This document shows positions 12,891-26,329 of a DNA stretch of 64,000 nt, in pieces. Position numbers and translations under genes: made by a program. This stretch comes from Raja brachyura. Its lineage: Eukaryota. Below the pieces are notes generated by a model. The model was not told the DNA's origin. It worked only from the letters and a program-made list of their open reading frames with translations, and ran no database searches. The stretch covers positions 22,878,001 to 22,942,000 of the forward strand of contig OY740801.1 in assembly GCA_963514005.1 (NCBI GenBank), in the 5' to 3' direction. Each line of letters begins with the position of its first letter. Position 1 is the stretch's first letter.

Positions 12891-13919
12891 CGACTCACAG
12901 CTAATGGGCTGGGCAAGCAGCGAGCAGCTGTGACAACCGGGCTGCGCTGGACTGTGAAGGAGAGCGGCCATTCTTCACTCCGCCAGTGAAAGCTGCAGCA
13001 CTGGCACGGGTGAGATCTCACTGATACGCTGCTACGGGGTGGGTCACACGGGAGCGCTGTGCCGGGTGAGATCGCCTACACGCAGCCTCCAGCAGGCAGC
13101 GGCCGCTTCTACCTGAGGCTCCTCGTGTTTCATCGCCTGCCTGACACATTTTTGAGGCGGGCTGTGCTCAGGAAAGCTGAGAGTGAGTTTGCTGCAGTAA
13201 GGTGTCTGCAGACACAGCTCTCGGAGCCTGAATGTCTGTATTATCAGCAGCCGCTCAGGAAATGCCAGCCACCACATACTTTTCAAGCTTTTGTCTTTCT
13301 ACTTGAATCACTGAAAAGTCTTCACAATACAACTCAAAAGGGCTCTTCAAACTCGATAAATTAACCTTGGAACTGGATGAAGAAATCACTTGAAAACATG
13401 TCTGGGCTGCTCTTGAGCTGACACTAACAATACCGAGCTATTCGCACCAGGCAGCCAACAACATCCACGCTGCAGTGTGTGGGCCACAGCGACTGGCGCC
13501 AGGGCTGGTGTGTGTGGCTCTGGGCCTGGCTGGGGTAGTGGGCACCCTGTCTGGGCATCTCCGGAGGAGGGTCCGTAGAGACGGAGACAAAGAGAATCCC
13601 GGCGTGGTGAGAAGGTGAGCAGTAAATCAGGGGGAGACATGCCCTGGCTCACTGCCTGCCGGCACTGCGCTGGTGAAGCCCCAGACTCCAGCACTTGTAA
13701 ATCACAGCCGCTCACTCGCTGGAACTCTGCACTTGCTCCAACCACTGTTTACTCAGTTCCCTTTCAATCACTTCTGAGAGTGTTTCAGGTTGAGATTCTC
13801 TCTCCGGTTTGCAGGGATCTCGGGAGTCAGAGAGCCACCTCCAGGTCAAACCAGGGACCGGCAACTGGTCACGCACAACTGTTGCCTCATCCGCGTACAC
13901 ACAGAGGTGCGGGCATCCT

Positions 13920-14120
13920 ACCACTGCACATTCCTTGCACACTCGATGCGCTCCCTGCACACACTGTTCATTCCCTGCATACGCCACGCATTCCCTGCAC
14001 ACGCAGGGATTCCCTGCACACTTGGTGCATTCCCTGCACCCTCTGCGCATTCCCTGCACACTGTGCATTCCCCGCATATTCTGTGCATTCCCTGCACACC
14101 ACGCATTCCCTGCACACACT
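13920..14120. repeat. Minisatellite, ~18-20 bp unit with core cattccctgcac
   Basis: About 10 imperfect tandem copies visible. Confidence 0.85.
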
Positions 14121-17100
14121 GAGCAAACAATGAGCAGGGCATTCACCACCGGTGAGGCGCCCCCACCCACAGTACTCCTGCCAACAGCTCCGTTTGGCAT
14201 GAATCCCTGGTGCTTTTCCTGGAATGGTGAGCAGTGCACCGTATCCTCGGCAGGTGGATGCCCGGGGGCATCCGGCACTGGTGCCAGGGAGGTGACCTGC
14301 ACGGCCCTGCTCAATAAAACCCGTCCCCTGAGTGGCCAGCCATTACTGTTTGTGCCAGCTCTGCCACCAGTGCCTCTCTGCTGCCGCCCTCGGCCTCTAC
14401 CTAAGCCAACCACACGGCCTCGTCATCAAACCAACCACACACTCATTGTGCCGAGAATCAGTCTCGCTCCACAGGGCGCTCTGCACCACATCTTGTTCTA
14501 CATTGGAATTTACAAATATTGTTCGCAGAAATCACACAGGGAGAGGAGCAGTGAGAAAAATTCAGAAAGAGCGGGAGGAATGAAGGAAGGAATTGCGAGA
14601 GAGAGAGAGAGAGAGAGACATGCGACAGTCAGTCCTAAGGGCAGATGTGAAACTACCCTGCAGCCAGAACAGTCCTGGATCATCTCGTCTCCTGGCACCT
14701 CCCCAACCCCACGCTCAAACCACAAACAGTATCCTGGCCAGGTAAGCTTCCGGTCACAATCTGCTCCCACCCACCCCCCCAACTCTCCGGCCCCTCGGGA
14801 ATCAGAGGAGAGGTCTGGACAATGGAGGGAGGGCCGGATCCACAGAGAACCCGAGCCCCAACCGCAACAGCTGGGCATCCCACCATGTTAGAGGGAGCAA
14901 AGCCCAGCTTGGATCAGGCACAGAACCAGGAGATACACCCGGAGACAAAACTCTACTCCAATGGGAATCCATTGACCGCTGCATGGATTGCCGAGTCAAA
15001 GCCAGATACAGATGTAGTTAGGAGTGGGGATACACGTTGGTCTTGCCAGCAACACCAGCAATGAATAGATGGCAAGAGTTTAGTGCACAAAATAATGGTA
15101 CAGAAAATAATCTGTACAAATGGTGAATTACCGTGTGCAGCCAGGGGCTGATCTTAGCTCGTGCGTGCCCGTGATCCTGAGAATGAAACCGTCTGCAGCT
15201 GTGCTTCTGGCAGGGTCACCAGCAGCGGGAGGTCGACCCCAAGGAGAGGATGTTGAGGATGGAACAGACGGAGGATGGAAGCCGGCTGGCGGTGTAGAGC
15301 GCAGCGTGTGAGAAGGCGGACGGCTGCAACGTGGCGAGACTCCCAACCGTGGTGGAGTCCATGTTGCTAGACCCGGGTCTGTCTCTGCCAAGGACCATGC
15401 GGTGGCTCCCCACGCACCAGCCTCCCCGCGGTAAAACATGTCACGCACAGGAGTCCATCTAGAGGGACATCAAGTCTGTGGCTCCAGGATCGGCCTCCCC
15501 GGCCATCCCAAGACCCAAAGAGAGGAGCCAGCGGGACCACAATCATTCTCCACTGTCAGAGTTCACCAACGTAGATGAATGCATGCAGTTCCATGTTTGC
15601 CTGATGACAGGATGGCTGTTCTAGGGAAAGGATGGAACCAGAGGATCAGCAGCAAAGATCTGAGAGATCGGGGTGACGGGCAGAGGGCTTTAATCCATGG
15701 GAAGGCGACAAGGTGAGCACAGATCTCGGCAAGTTGTCTGTCCACAAATGAGATCAACCTAGATGTTTTGTGAATGCTGAGTTTGCTGCGTGGTGGTGGC
15801 TGACGTGGGAGGAAGGTGAGGCATTGCTGACACGGCGATGGGTGCGGGGGGGAGAGCAGACTCGGCATGCCAGAGACCCCCTGATGTCACACCCCCTGCG
15901 CTCTGATCCCAGAGCCGAGCGGAGAGCAGGGGGAGAGAGGTCCCGTCACCCGATGTACTGACCACCCAAAGACCAAACTCCCACCAGCCTGCAACTCACC
16001 CCACCATCCATAATACTGGGAACAACATAGAAGGAAGCCAGTCGGCCACTGGCACCATGCTGACTCCCAATCCTATTGCTCCCACTCCCTGCTCCATAAT
16101 GAGCCACCGGATACCTCAGTCTGACAGTCCCCGATGAATCATTCATCTTGTGACACACTGCAGGGAGTTCTGGTTGGATTTAGTGTGGAGACTGGCTCTG
16201 TGTGATCCGGTTACGGGTGACGCTGGATTCTGGGCACCACCGCAGGATGTGGGTTGGAGCCGGCTGAGGGTCTGTGTGGACAATCCCATCGCAGCTCTTG
16301 CCCCGGTTCTGACGGAACGTTGAGTCTGCTTCTCCCTCCACGGATGCTGCCTGACCAACCCAGTGTTTCTGGCAGTTTCGGCCCTTACTGCAGCTCTGCG
16401 GCATCTGTGGCATTCTGCAGTGTGGCCCGCAATGCCAGGGTGCTTGCTGCCTGCTCGCTGTGACGTGTGGAGGTGCAGCACACGGCACCGGTAAAACTGA
16501 AACAATCCAAATCACAATTCGTTCTGTCTCTTGGCTGAAGTACAGCAATAAATATCCAGTATCTGGTTTAAATTTATTTTGTCTGGCTGGCTCACAGAAA
16601 AACCAAAGCCAAGTTTTTTGATGTTGTGGAATTTACAAAGTCTGTGGGCCCCTCGCACGGAGTCTTGGGTCCCCCCCAAACCAATTTCTCAATGTGTTTC
16701 TGCGTATTTAAACCCGGCGGCGGCGCGAGGGTGGGGTCGGGTGAAGCAGCTCGCGCCTGGAGCAGAGAAGACGATCGAGCAGTCCCCTCCCCTCCCCCCA
16801 CACCTCCCGCAATTATTGCTGGTGAGTCTCCAGTCTGGCGAACCCTCTTGTGGTGCTGCCAGCAGTGTTTTCCATGGAGCGGCGATGCAGATGAAGGCTG
16901 TATTATTCACTGGTGTTGCTGGGCTCCTGCCACCAAGACGGGACTCAGAGTCAAACTGGAGGAGCCCGCAGCCACTGTGGATGGATGTCAGGGTGTAAGC
17001 AGGTCTGACCAACAACCCTGTGATGCACTTTGTGATGCTGGAGGACAGCAAGACTGGCACTCAGATAAGACGGAGATAAAAAAAACCCGATATGAAGCCG

Positions 17101-17629
17101 CAGTCTAGATATAGGGCAATGCACAGAAACGCACCCACTTGTGCTATAAATTATTCTGCCTAATTAGTTAAAAACGTGAAATTATCGCTTCTACCATCAA
17201 GTTACATGTGGGTAAAATGATTTGTTTTTGGAATATTTCTTGGCATTTTTGAGGTTTGTTGAAATCCTTACAGAATATTTTTAAATCTCTATTTACTTGT
17301 GGTTCTGAGTACATTGAATATCCAAGTAAAACCACCAAATCCTCAGGAAAATAAGCAAGTCTGCCCTGGGCTCTGGAATATTACTAACTGTGGGATCGAT
17401 CCCAGCACGGACCGATCAGTCCCCCAATCGTGCCCAGATCAAGGAGAGGAAGATCAGCTCCTTCCTGGTGTCTAGGGTGAGAGAGAGGGGGGGGGGGGGG
17501 GGAGGGGATGAAGAGATCACAGAGAGGAGATACTTCAGACTGCCCGCCCCAGGGGGGCAGTGGATGGTGGGCATGCCCTCGCAGAGCCCACAGTGACTCC
17601 CGGTTCTGCCCAAGAGCACAAGCCATTGA

Positions 17630-18200
17630 AGAGTTGAGGATGTAGCCCAGCCCATTACACAGACTAGCCTCCCCGCCATGGTTCTCATCCACACTTCACA
17701 CTGGCCCCGGGAAAGCAGCCAACGTAGACAAGAACCCCGTCATTCCCTCTTCTTCCCTCTCCCGTCAGGCAGAAGATATAAAAGCTTGAAAGCGCGTACA
17801 AGAAGATTCAGAAACTGCTTCTGGAGGGTGTAAAGTAGAGTCTCATCCCGAAACGCCACTTATCCAGGCTCTCCGGAGATGCTGCCTGCGCACTTAGTTA
17901 CTCCAGCACTTGGCGTCCTTTTCTGCTTCTTCCTCGCTATTATCAGATTACTGATCGGTCCTCCTATAAGCTAGGGTGTAGTCCCCTTCCCCCAACCTAC
18001 CTCATGGTGGCCCTTGCACCTTTTTTCTGTAACTGTAATGTTATAACGCTGTCAGATTATATTCGGCACTCTGGTATTTTTCCCTTGGCACCACCTGGTA
18101 CAGTTGTCTGTGGCTCGATTGTACACAGGTACAGTGTGATTGGACTGGAGAACAAGCAAACGAGTTCCACTGTAGCTCAATACATGTGACAATAATAAAC
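17630..18200 (+). mobile_element. Rex1-type LINE 3' fragment interrupted by a Penelope end (~17830-17925)
   Basis: LPSGRRYKSLKA..RFRNCF remnant and gtgacaataataaacc tail. Confidence 0.65.
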
Positions 18201-18532
18201 CTGTACCAACACTCTTGTGTCACTCTGTAACCCACAGAGCGATGGTCACTATCTCCGAAACATTCCCCCAGCGACTGGCCTGACTTCAATTTGTAGTATT
18301 GTGTTCAGTTCTGGGCACTGTATTCTAGGAAACATGTTGTCAAGTTGGAAAGGGCACTCATTTACTGTTGTGTTGTGTCTTTTTAAAATCGTTGGTTTTT
18401 TTCTAACATGTAAATACTGATTCTGTTCTATCCTGTTCTGTAGTTTTTGCACAATCCGCAGGCTTTGCCACTTTCATTTCACTGCACATCTTGTATGTGT
18501 ATGAGACAAATAAAGTTGACTAGACTAGACTT

Positions 18533-18975
18533 GAGAAGATTTACGAGAATGTTGCCAGGACTAGAGGGTCTGAGCTACAGGGAGAAGTTGCGTAGGCTGG
18601 GACTCTATTCCTTGGAGCATAGGAGGATGAGGGGTGCTCTTATAGAGGTGTATAAGATCTTGAGAGGAATAGATCGGGGAGATGCACAGAGTCTCTTGCC
18701 TAGATTAGGTGAATCGAGGACCAGATGGCATAGGTTTAAGGTGAAGGGGAAAAGATTTAATAGGAGTCTGAGGGGTAACCTTTTCACACAAAGGGTGGTG
18801 GGTTTATGGAACAAGCTGCCAGATGAGGTAGTTGCAGCAGGAATTATCCCAACATTTAAGAAACAGTTAGACAGGTACATGGATAGGACAGGTTTGGAGC
18901 AATATGGGTAGATGGGACTAATATAGCTGTTGGCCAGTGTGGGCAAGTTGGGCCGAAGGGCCTGTTTGCACACTT
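18533..18975 (+). mobile_element. CR1 LINE 3' end
   Basis: RRFTRMLPGLEGLSYREKLRRLGLYSLE...LWNKLP...LDRYMD open frame, plus tail. Confidence 0.9.
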
Positions 18976-19339
18976 TCCACAGCAGTGACAGATCGGCAGG
19001 GCAGGGGATGAGTCCCAAGTATAAACAGCAGGAACGAGCTTCCCATCCCCTGTTCTTCGCCTCCTGGAGATGGCCATAGTGAGGGGCGCACAGTGACAGA
19101 GCCAAGGCAGGAGCAGCGTCACAGTGAGGGGTGGGAACGAGGTGCAAGAGCCAGGCGGGCACACACAACACGTGCTGCTGCAACACGGCAGGGGCTACAG
19201 CAGAGGCACCACTACCGTGGGAGGAGGGCGAGCTGGGACCTGACTGGGAATGGGAGGGACTACACCCACCATCGGGGGAGAGGGGTGCCCCAGGGGTGGG
19301 AGGAACACACACCACACAGAGGAGTGGATAATACAGGGA

Positions 19340-22060
19340 GTATATATTTCGGGGATGTGTGTATATTTCAGGGGGGTGTATATTTCAGGGGGGTGTATAT
19401 TTCAGGGGGGGGGGGGTGTTTCAGGGGTGGAGTTTAAGGGGGTGGATATTTCAGGGGGGTGTATATTTATGGGGAGGTATGTATTTTAACGAGGGGTTTA
19501 ATGTTTAAGGGGTGTATATTTCAGGGGGTGTATATTTCAGGGGTGTGTATATTTCAGGGGGGTGTATATTTCAGGGGGTGTATATTTCAGGGGTGTATAT
19601 TTCAGGGGGGTGTATATTTCAGGGGTGTGTATATTTCAGGGGGTGTATATTTCAGGGGTGTATATTTCAGGGGGGTGTATATTTCAGGGGTGTGTATATT
19701 TCAGGGGGGTGTATATTTCAGGGGGTGTATATTTCAGGGGTGTATATTTCAGGGGGGTGTATATTTCAGGGGGTGTATATTTCAGGGGTGTATATTTCAG
19801 GGGGGTGTATATTTCAGGGGTGTGTATATTTCAGGGGGGTGTATATTTCAGGGGTGTATATTTCAGGGGGTGTATATTTCAGGGGGTGTATATTTCAGGG
19901 GGTGTATATTTCAGGGGGTGTATATTTCAGGGGGTGTATATTTCAGGGGGTGTATATTTCAGGGGGTGTATATTTCAGGGGGTGTATATTTCAGGGGGTG
20001 TATATTTCAGGGGGTGTATATTTCAGGGGGTGTATATTTCAGGGGTGTATATTTCAGGGGGTGTATATTTCAGGGGGTGTATATTTCAGGGGGTGTATAT
20101 TTCAGGGGGTGTATATTTCAGGGGTGTATATTTCAGGGGGTGTATATTTCAGGGGTGTATATTTCAGGGGGTGTATATTTCAGGGGGGTGTATATTTCAG
20201 GGGGTGTATATTTCAGGGGGGTGTATATTTCAGGGGGTGTATATTTCAGGGGTGTATATTTCAGGGGTGTATATTTCAGGGGGGTGTATATTTCAGTGGG
20301 GTGTATATTTCAGGGGTGTATATTTCAGGGGGGTGTATATTTCAGGGGTGTATATTTCAGGGGGTGTATATTTCAGGGGTGTATATTTCAGGGGGTGTAT
20401 ATTTCAGGGGTGTATATTTCAGGGGTGTATATTTCAGGGGTGTATATTTCAGTGGGGTGTATATTTCAGGGGTGTATATTTCAGGGGTGTATATTTCAGG
20501 GGGGTGTATATTTCAGTGGGGTGTATATTTCAGGGGTGTATATTTCAGGGGGGTGTATATTTCAGGGGTGTATATTTCAGGGGGTGTATATTTCAGGGGT
20601 GTATATTTCAGGGGGTGTATATTTCAGGGGTGTATATTTCAGGGGTGTATATTTCAGGGGTGTATATTTCAGTGGGGTGTATATTTCAGGGGTGTATATT
20701 TCAGGGGGTGTATATTTCAGGGGTGTATATTTCAGGGGTGTATATTTCAGTGGGGTGTATATTTCAGGGGTGTATATTTCAGGGGGTGTATATTTCAGGG
20801 GGTGTATATTTCAGGGGTGTATATTTCAGGGGTGTATATTTCAGTGGGGTGTATATTTCAGGGGTGTATATTTCAGGGGTGTATATTTCAGGGGGGTGTA
20901 TATTTCAGTGGGGTGTATATTTCAGGGGTGTATATTTCAGGGGTGTATATTTCAGGGGGTGTATATTTCAGGGGTGTATATTTCAGGGGGTGTATATTTC
21001 AGGGGGTGTATATTTCAGGGGTGTATATTTCAGGGGTGTATATTTCAGGGGTGTATATTTCAGGGGTGTATATTTCAGGGGTGTATATTTCAGTGGGGTG
21101 TATATTTCAGGGGTGTATATTTCAGGGGGGTGTATATTTCAGTGGGGTGTATATTTCAGGGGTGTATATTTCAGGGGTGTATATTTCAGGGGTGTATATT
21201 TCAGGGGGTGTATATTTCAGGGGGTGTATATTTCAGGGGGTGTATATTTCAGGGGGTGTATATTTCAGGGGGGTGTATATTTCAGGGGTGTATATTTCAG
21301 GGGGTGTATATTTCAGGGGGTGTATATTTCAGGGGGTGTATATTTCAGGAGTGTATATTTCAGGGGGTGTATATTTCAGGGGGTGTATATTTCAGGGGGT
21401 GTATATTTCAGGAGTGTATATTTCAGGGGGGTGTATATTTCAGGGGTGTATATTTCAGGGGGGTGTATATTTCAGGGGGTGTATATTTCAGGGGGGTGTA
21501 TATTTCAGGGGTGTATATTTCAGGGGGTGTATATTTCAGGGGGGTGTATATTTCAGGGGTGTATATTTCAGGGGGTGTATATTTCAGGGGGTGTATATTT
21601 CAGGGGGGTGTATATTTCAGGGGTGTATATTTCAGGGGGTGTATATTTCAGGGGGTGTATATTTCAGGGGGGTGTATATTTCAGGGGTGTATATTTCAGG
21701 GGGTGTATATTTCAGGGGGTGTATATTTCAGGGGGTGTATATTTCAGGGGTGTATATTTCAGGGGGTGTATATTTCAGGGGGTGTATATTTCAGGGGGTG
21801 TATATTTCAGGGGGGTGTATATTTCAGGGGGTGTATATTTCAGGGGGTGTATATTTCAGGGGTGTATATTTCAGGGGGTGTATATTTGAGGGGGTGTATA
21901 TTTCAGGGGGTGTATATTTCAGGGGGTGTATATTTCAGGGGGTGTATATTTCAGGGGGTGTATATTTCAGGGAAGGTTGTATATTTCAGGGAGGAGCGCA
22001 TATTTATGGGGGGGTTTATTTCAGCGAGAGGGGGGTGTATGCTTCAGGGGGGTGTATGTT
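19340..22060. repeat. Satellite (G4-6 TGTATATTTCA)n, 15-17 bp unit, ~2.7 kb
   Basis: Directly visible. Homogeneous core with degenerate edges. Confidence 0.98.
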
Positions 22061-23959
22061 TAAGTGAGAGGTGCACATTGGTATAAATCGGGTCCCAGGG
22101 ACTGAGGATGCCAGGGGCGGGAGCGTGTTTTCCTGCCTCAGTCCCTGACCTCAGGCAGTGTGAGGAACAGGGTGAATCTCAGCGCCCAGTGGCAGAGACA
22201 CCGCCAGTGGCTGACAGAAGCTGGGCTCAGACCAAAGTGCAAGAGATGGGAACCACACTCAGTGCTGACAGTAATATCTTTTAAATTTGCACCTTAATTA
22301 CTAACACAGTGGCTCGACCACTCACCAGGTGGAAGATTTATTGCGTAATATGTCTAAAAAGCCTTTCAAATGGAACCGTTTCTTTTTAAAACGACTGCAG
22401 ATCTTCCAGTCTTAACGTCGTCAGCTTTTATTTGGCTGTGAAACCGATCACTTCAGGATTCCTCTTTGTCTCCCGGTTTATTACTGCCGCCTGTTCATCA
22501 GTTGCTGTGGAGTCCCAGACCAATACCGCACAGAATCAGGCCATTCTCCCCACCAGCTCCATGCCAGCCCCAACATACCGTCTATGTTTCCCCAGACTGG
22601 TTCTGTAACCTTGGCTGCATCAGCGATTCACATCTTATCCGGATACTATCACACGTTGTGAGAGTCTCTGTCCCCACCGCCCAAAATAATTATGTTGCCC
22701 CTCCTCTCTACATCTTCTACCCCTCACCTGAACCAATACTCCTTGGATTTAGCTGCCTCAAAGGGGAGAATTTCCAACCATCCATCCTCTTTATGCCCCT
22801 GATATTTGTGCATCGTCTCTCCCCTCGCCCCAAGGAACGCAGACCAGGTGCTGCTCGGTCCCAGGCAACATGTGGGTGAGTCTCCAGTCCAGTCAAAAGG
22901 TAGAAGCAAGGAACTGTAGATGCTGGTTTACAAAAAAAGGACACAAAGTACTGGAGTAACTCAGCGGGTCAGGCAGCAGCACTGGAGAATGTGGATAGGC
23001 AACATTTTAGGTCAGGACTCTTCTTTAAGACTGATTGAAACATCCGTCTGAAGAAGTGGCAGTGATAGGCAGGTACATGGAGAGGAGAGGTTTCGAGGGA
23101 TATGGGTCGAAGGTGGGCAGGTGGGACTAAGCCATGGACAAGTTGGGCTGAAGGGGTGAAGGTATGACTCCGTCACTTTAATACTCTTGTCTCCATGGAG
23201 CATACAGAGCTGTGGTCACTATGTCCCACTGACGGTCGCAGCTACAGTGGTCGCAGCGGGGACAGAGGCCATCTCGGCACCCAGGCAGGCAGGCACGGCG
23301 TGTCTGCGCCCAGAGTGCCCTGGGGTGGTGGGGTGTGGTTGCCCTCCAGACTGAGGGAAGAGCTCCCTCACACAAGGGGCTCTTGTTCAACTCGAAGCCC
23401 CTGAGCTGGGGCTAGCTGTCATTCAGGCTGAATTCTGGAGAATAACCAAATCCATTTCAAACATGATTTGTTTCCTTCTATTAAATCAGAATTAATTAAC
23501 ATCATTATGATTTCCAGGTATTTCTGGAAAAAGTGCCCTCAAAGCCTCGTTGGCCCCGGTCCAACCATGTTACTGCTGTTTCATCTTCCTTAGTCATCCT
23601 TTATATTTCCTGCGCTGTGTTTGTTTGTTCTTTGGGGTTTTTTTTTTAAATTCAGAGCTGCATCTGACAGCTGAGGCGAGGCAGTGACAGCGGAGCCCGC
23701 CGTTGACAACAGCGAGTCAGCCTGTACCAGACCGCCAAACCTTATGGCTGAGTCAGTCTCCTTCCCTTTGGCCTGACCCCAAGCTGCTGTCGATGGAGGT
23801 GACGGCAGCACCTTCAATGTCTAGCCTTTGCCCAGCAGACTCAGGCCACCAGCACAGACAGTGTCAAACCCACTCTCAGCACCTCGCACAAGGGCGGTGG
23901 GCACAGGGGAACACCACCTCCCGCAGATTCCCTCCACGTCCCATCCAATCAATATTGCG

Positions 23960-24507
23960 TACAGTTCTGGTCTCCTAATCTGAGGAAAGACATTCTTGCC
24001 ATAGAGGGAGTACAGAGAAGGTTCACCAGACTGATTCCTGGGATGTCAGGACTTTCATATGAAAAAAGACTGGATAGACTCGGCTTGTACTCGCTAGAAT
24101 TTAGAAGATTGAGGGGGGATTTATAGAGACTTACAAAATTCTTAAGGGGTTGGACAGGCTAGATGCAGGAAGATTGTTCCCGATGTTGGGGAGGTCCAGA
24201 ACAAGGGATCACAGTTTAAGGATAAGGAAGTCTTTTAGGCCCGAGATGAGAAAAACATTTTTCACGCAGAGAGTGGTGAATCCGTGGAATTCTCTGCCAC
24301 AGAAGGTAGTTGAGCCCAGTTCATTGGCTATATTTAAGAGGGAGTTAGATGTGGCCCTTGTGGCTAAAGGGATCAGGAGGTATGGAGAGAAGGCAGGGAC
24401 AAGATACTGAGTTGGATGATCAGCCATGATCTTATTGAATGGCGGTGCAGGCTCGAAGGGCCAAATGGCCTACTCCTGCACCTATTTTCTATGTTTCTAT
24501 GTTTCTA
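23960..24507 (+). mobile_element. Young CR1 LINE 3' end
   Basis: LDRLDAGRLFPMLG..RTR.HSLRI, FFTQRVVN.WNSLP, and a (ctatgttt)n tail. Confidence 0.9.
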
Positions 24508-24939
24508 ATATATCACCATCTCTGGGTCCAACCCCTGGAACTCCCGACCATAGCCTGGGAGCGCCTTCTTCGCCACACGGGCTGCAGCGGTTCCAGAAGG
24601 CGGCTCATCACACCTCCCCAAGGGCAGTCAGGGATGGGTACAAATGCTAGGCTGGCCAATGATGCCCAGATCCCAAAAACCAAAATAAAAATACAGGCAT
24701 AAGGTGAGAGGGACTGAAGGGACAACCTTTCCACACAGAGGGTGGTGGCTTTATGGACGTTGTGGAGGCAGGTACATTGACAACTTTTAAAAGGCAACTG
24801 CAGATGCTGGAAGTGTCCCGACCCAAAATATTACCTGTTCATGTTCTCCACAAATGCTGCCTGAACAGCTGTGATGCTCCAGAACTTTGTGTCTTTTTTG
24901 TTAGCCTTTAAACTGCATTTGAACAAGTACTTGAGTAAA

Positions 24940-25405
24940 TATCACCAGCAATTAGTTCTGGACCAGCCACATCGAAGCAATGGCCAAGAAAGAACACCAA
25001 CACCTCAGTTTCCTTAGAAAGCTTTGAAAGTTCGACATGTCCCAAACGACCCTAACCAACTTGTACAGATGCACAATAGATAAATGTGACCTTGACCTTG
25101 AACTAGAAAGCATTTTATGGAGATGCATCACAGCATGCTTTGGAGCAACTTACTGCAAAACCGCAAGAAATTGCAGAGAGTTGTGGACACAGCCCAAACT
25201 ATCAGGGAAATCCACCTCCCTTCCATTCACTCCATCTACACCTCACGCTGCCTCGGCAAGGCCACCAGCATAATCAAGGACCAGTCTCACCCCAGTTACT
25301 CCCTCTTCTCCCCGCTCCCATTGGGCAAGAGGTCCAGAAGTGTGAAAACGCACACCTCCAGATTCAGGGACAGTTTCTTCCCAGCTGTTATCAGGCAACT
25401 GAACG
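24940..25405 (+). mobile_element. Rex1/Babar LINE 3' coding fragment
   Basis: LTNLYRCTI, RKKLQRVVDTAQTI, and IIKDQSHPSYSLFSPLPLGKR...RFRDSFFPAVIRQLN. Confidence 0.85.
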
Positions 25406-25700
25406 CTGGTGAACTCATAGCGCAGGGGAAAGGTGATAAAACCACGGGATCAGACAGCGCCACTGACTCCTGTGACTGGGACAGTCTCCGTCTCAGAGTC
25501 TCAGCTGTTTCTTTAAACAGAAGATAAATTACAACACCGATACTGGGCACTGGTTTAACAAAAAAGTGTCCATGACAGGAAGATGACTCCAGAGAGGGGG
25601 AGGGGGGCGGAGAGGGGGAGAGATCCAAAGGCGGGGAGGGGGGGGGGGGTTCATGGAGGGGGAGGATGAGGGGTTCAGAGGGGGAGGAGTTGGCAGGGGG

Positions 25701-25886
25701 NNNNNNNNNNNNNNNNNNNNNNNNNNNNNNNNNNNNNNNNNNNNNNNNNNNNNNNNNNNNNNNNNNNNNNNNNNNNNNNNNNNNNNNNNNNNNNNNNNNN
25801 NNNNNNNNNNNNNNNNNNNNNNNNNNNNNNNNNNNNNNNNNNNNNNNNNNNNNNNNNNNNNNNNNNNNNNNNNNNNNNNNNNNNNN
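25701..25886. other. Assembly gap (N run)
   Basis: 186 N bases flanked by G-rich sequence. Confidence 1.
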
Positions 25887-26329
25887 GAGCAGGGGTGGGA
25901 TATGGAGAGGGAGGGGTTCGGAGGGGAGTTCAGAGAGGGGGTTCTGAGAGGGGGAAGGGTTCAGACAGGCTGGGGTCGAGTGGGGGAGAGGGGTAGTCTG
26001 CACAGGTGAGAAAGTGGGAAAGTACAACAATTTGTTTCTCTGAAGCCTTGCAACAAGCCAACAGTAGCTGACTTCATGTCATCACGGCTGCAGGAAATGT
26101 CCAGGGTTAGTGCTGAGGTTAACCACACCACTGGCCTGTTTGCCACTGACAGAGGTGACAAACACACGCTCACCGCAGCAACTAATCTGCTCTGTCAACC
26201 CCCCCCCCCCAAACACGGAACCACTGCTGTAGCCAGGGGACAGACAGAGGCACAACACTGCCCTGTCCCCCACAGCCCTCACTGCTGTAGCTCACCCTGA
26301 ACCAGCGAGTCGTCACTGCGGGACCCGCT

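Noticed and set aside
13809-14891. 360-aa ORF
   Set aside because: Runs through a minisatellite and a GA repeat; no recognisable domain.
15216-15413. Minus-strand ORF with a GPI-signal-like C-terminus
   Set aside because: In-frame stop just upstream and no convincing splice acceptor.
19459-22086. ORFs of 775-875 aa (GVYFRG/GCIFQG repeats)
   Set aside because: All three plus-strand frames are open only because the satellite unit lacks stop codons.
23620-23700. Strong plus-strand acceptor-like site (T tract + attcAG)
   Set aside because: All three downstream frames hit stop codons within ~35 nt.
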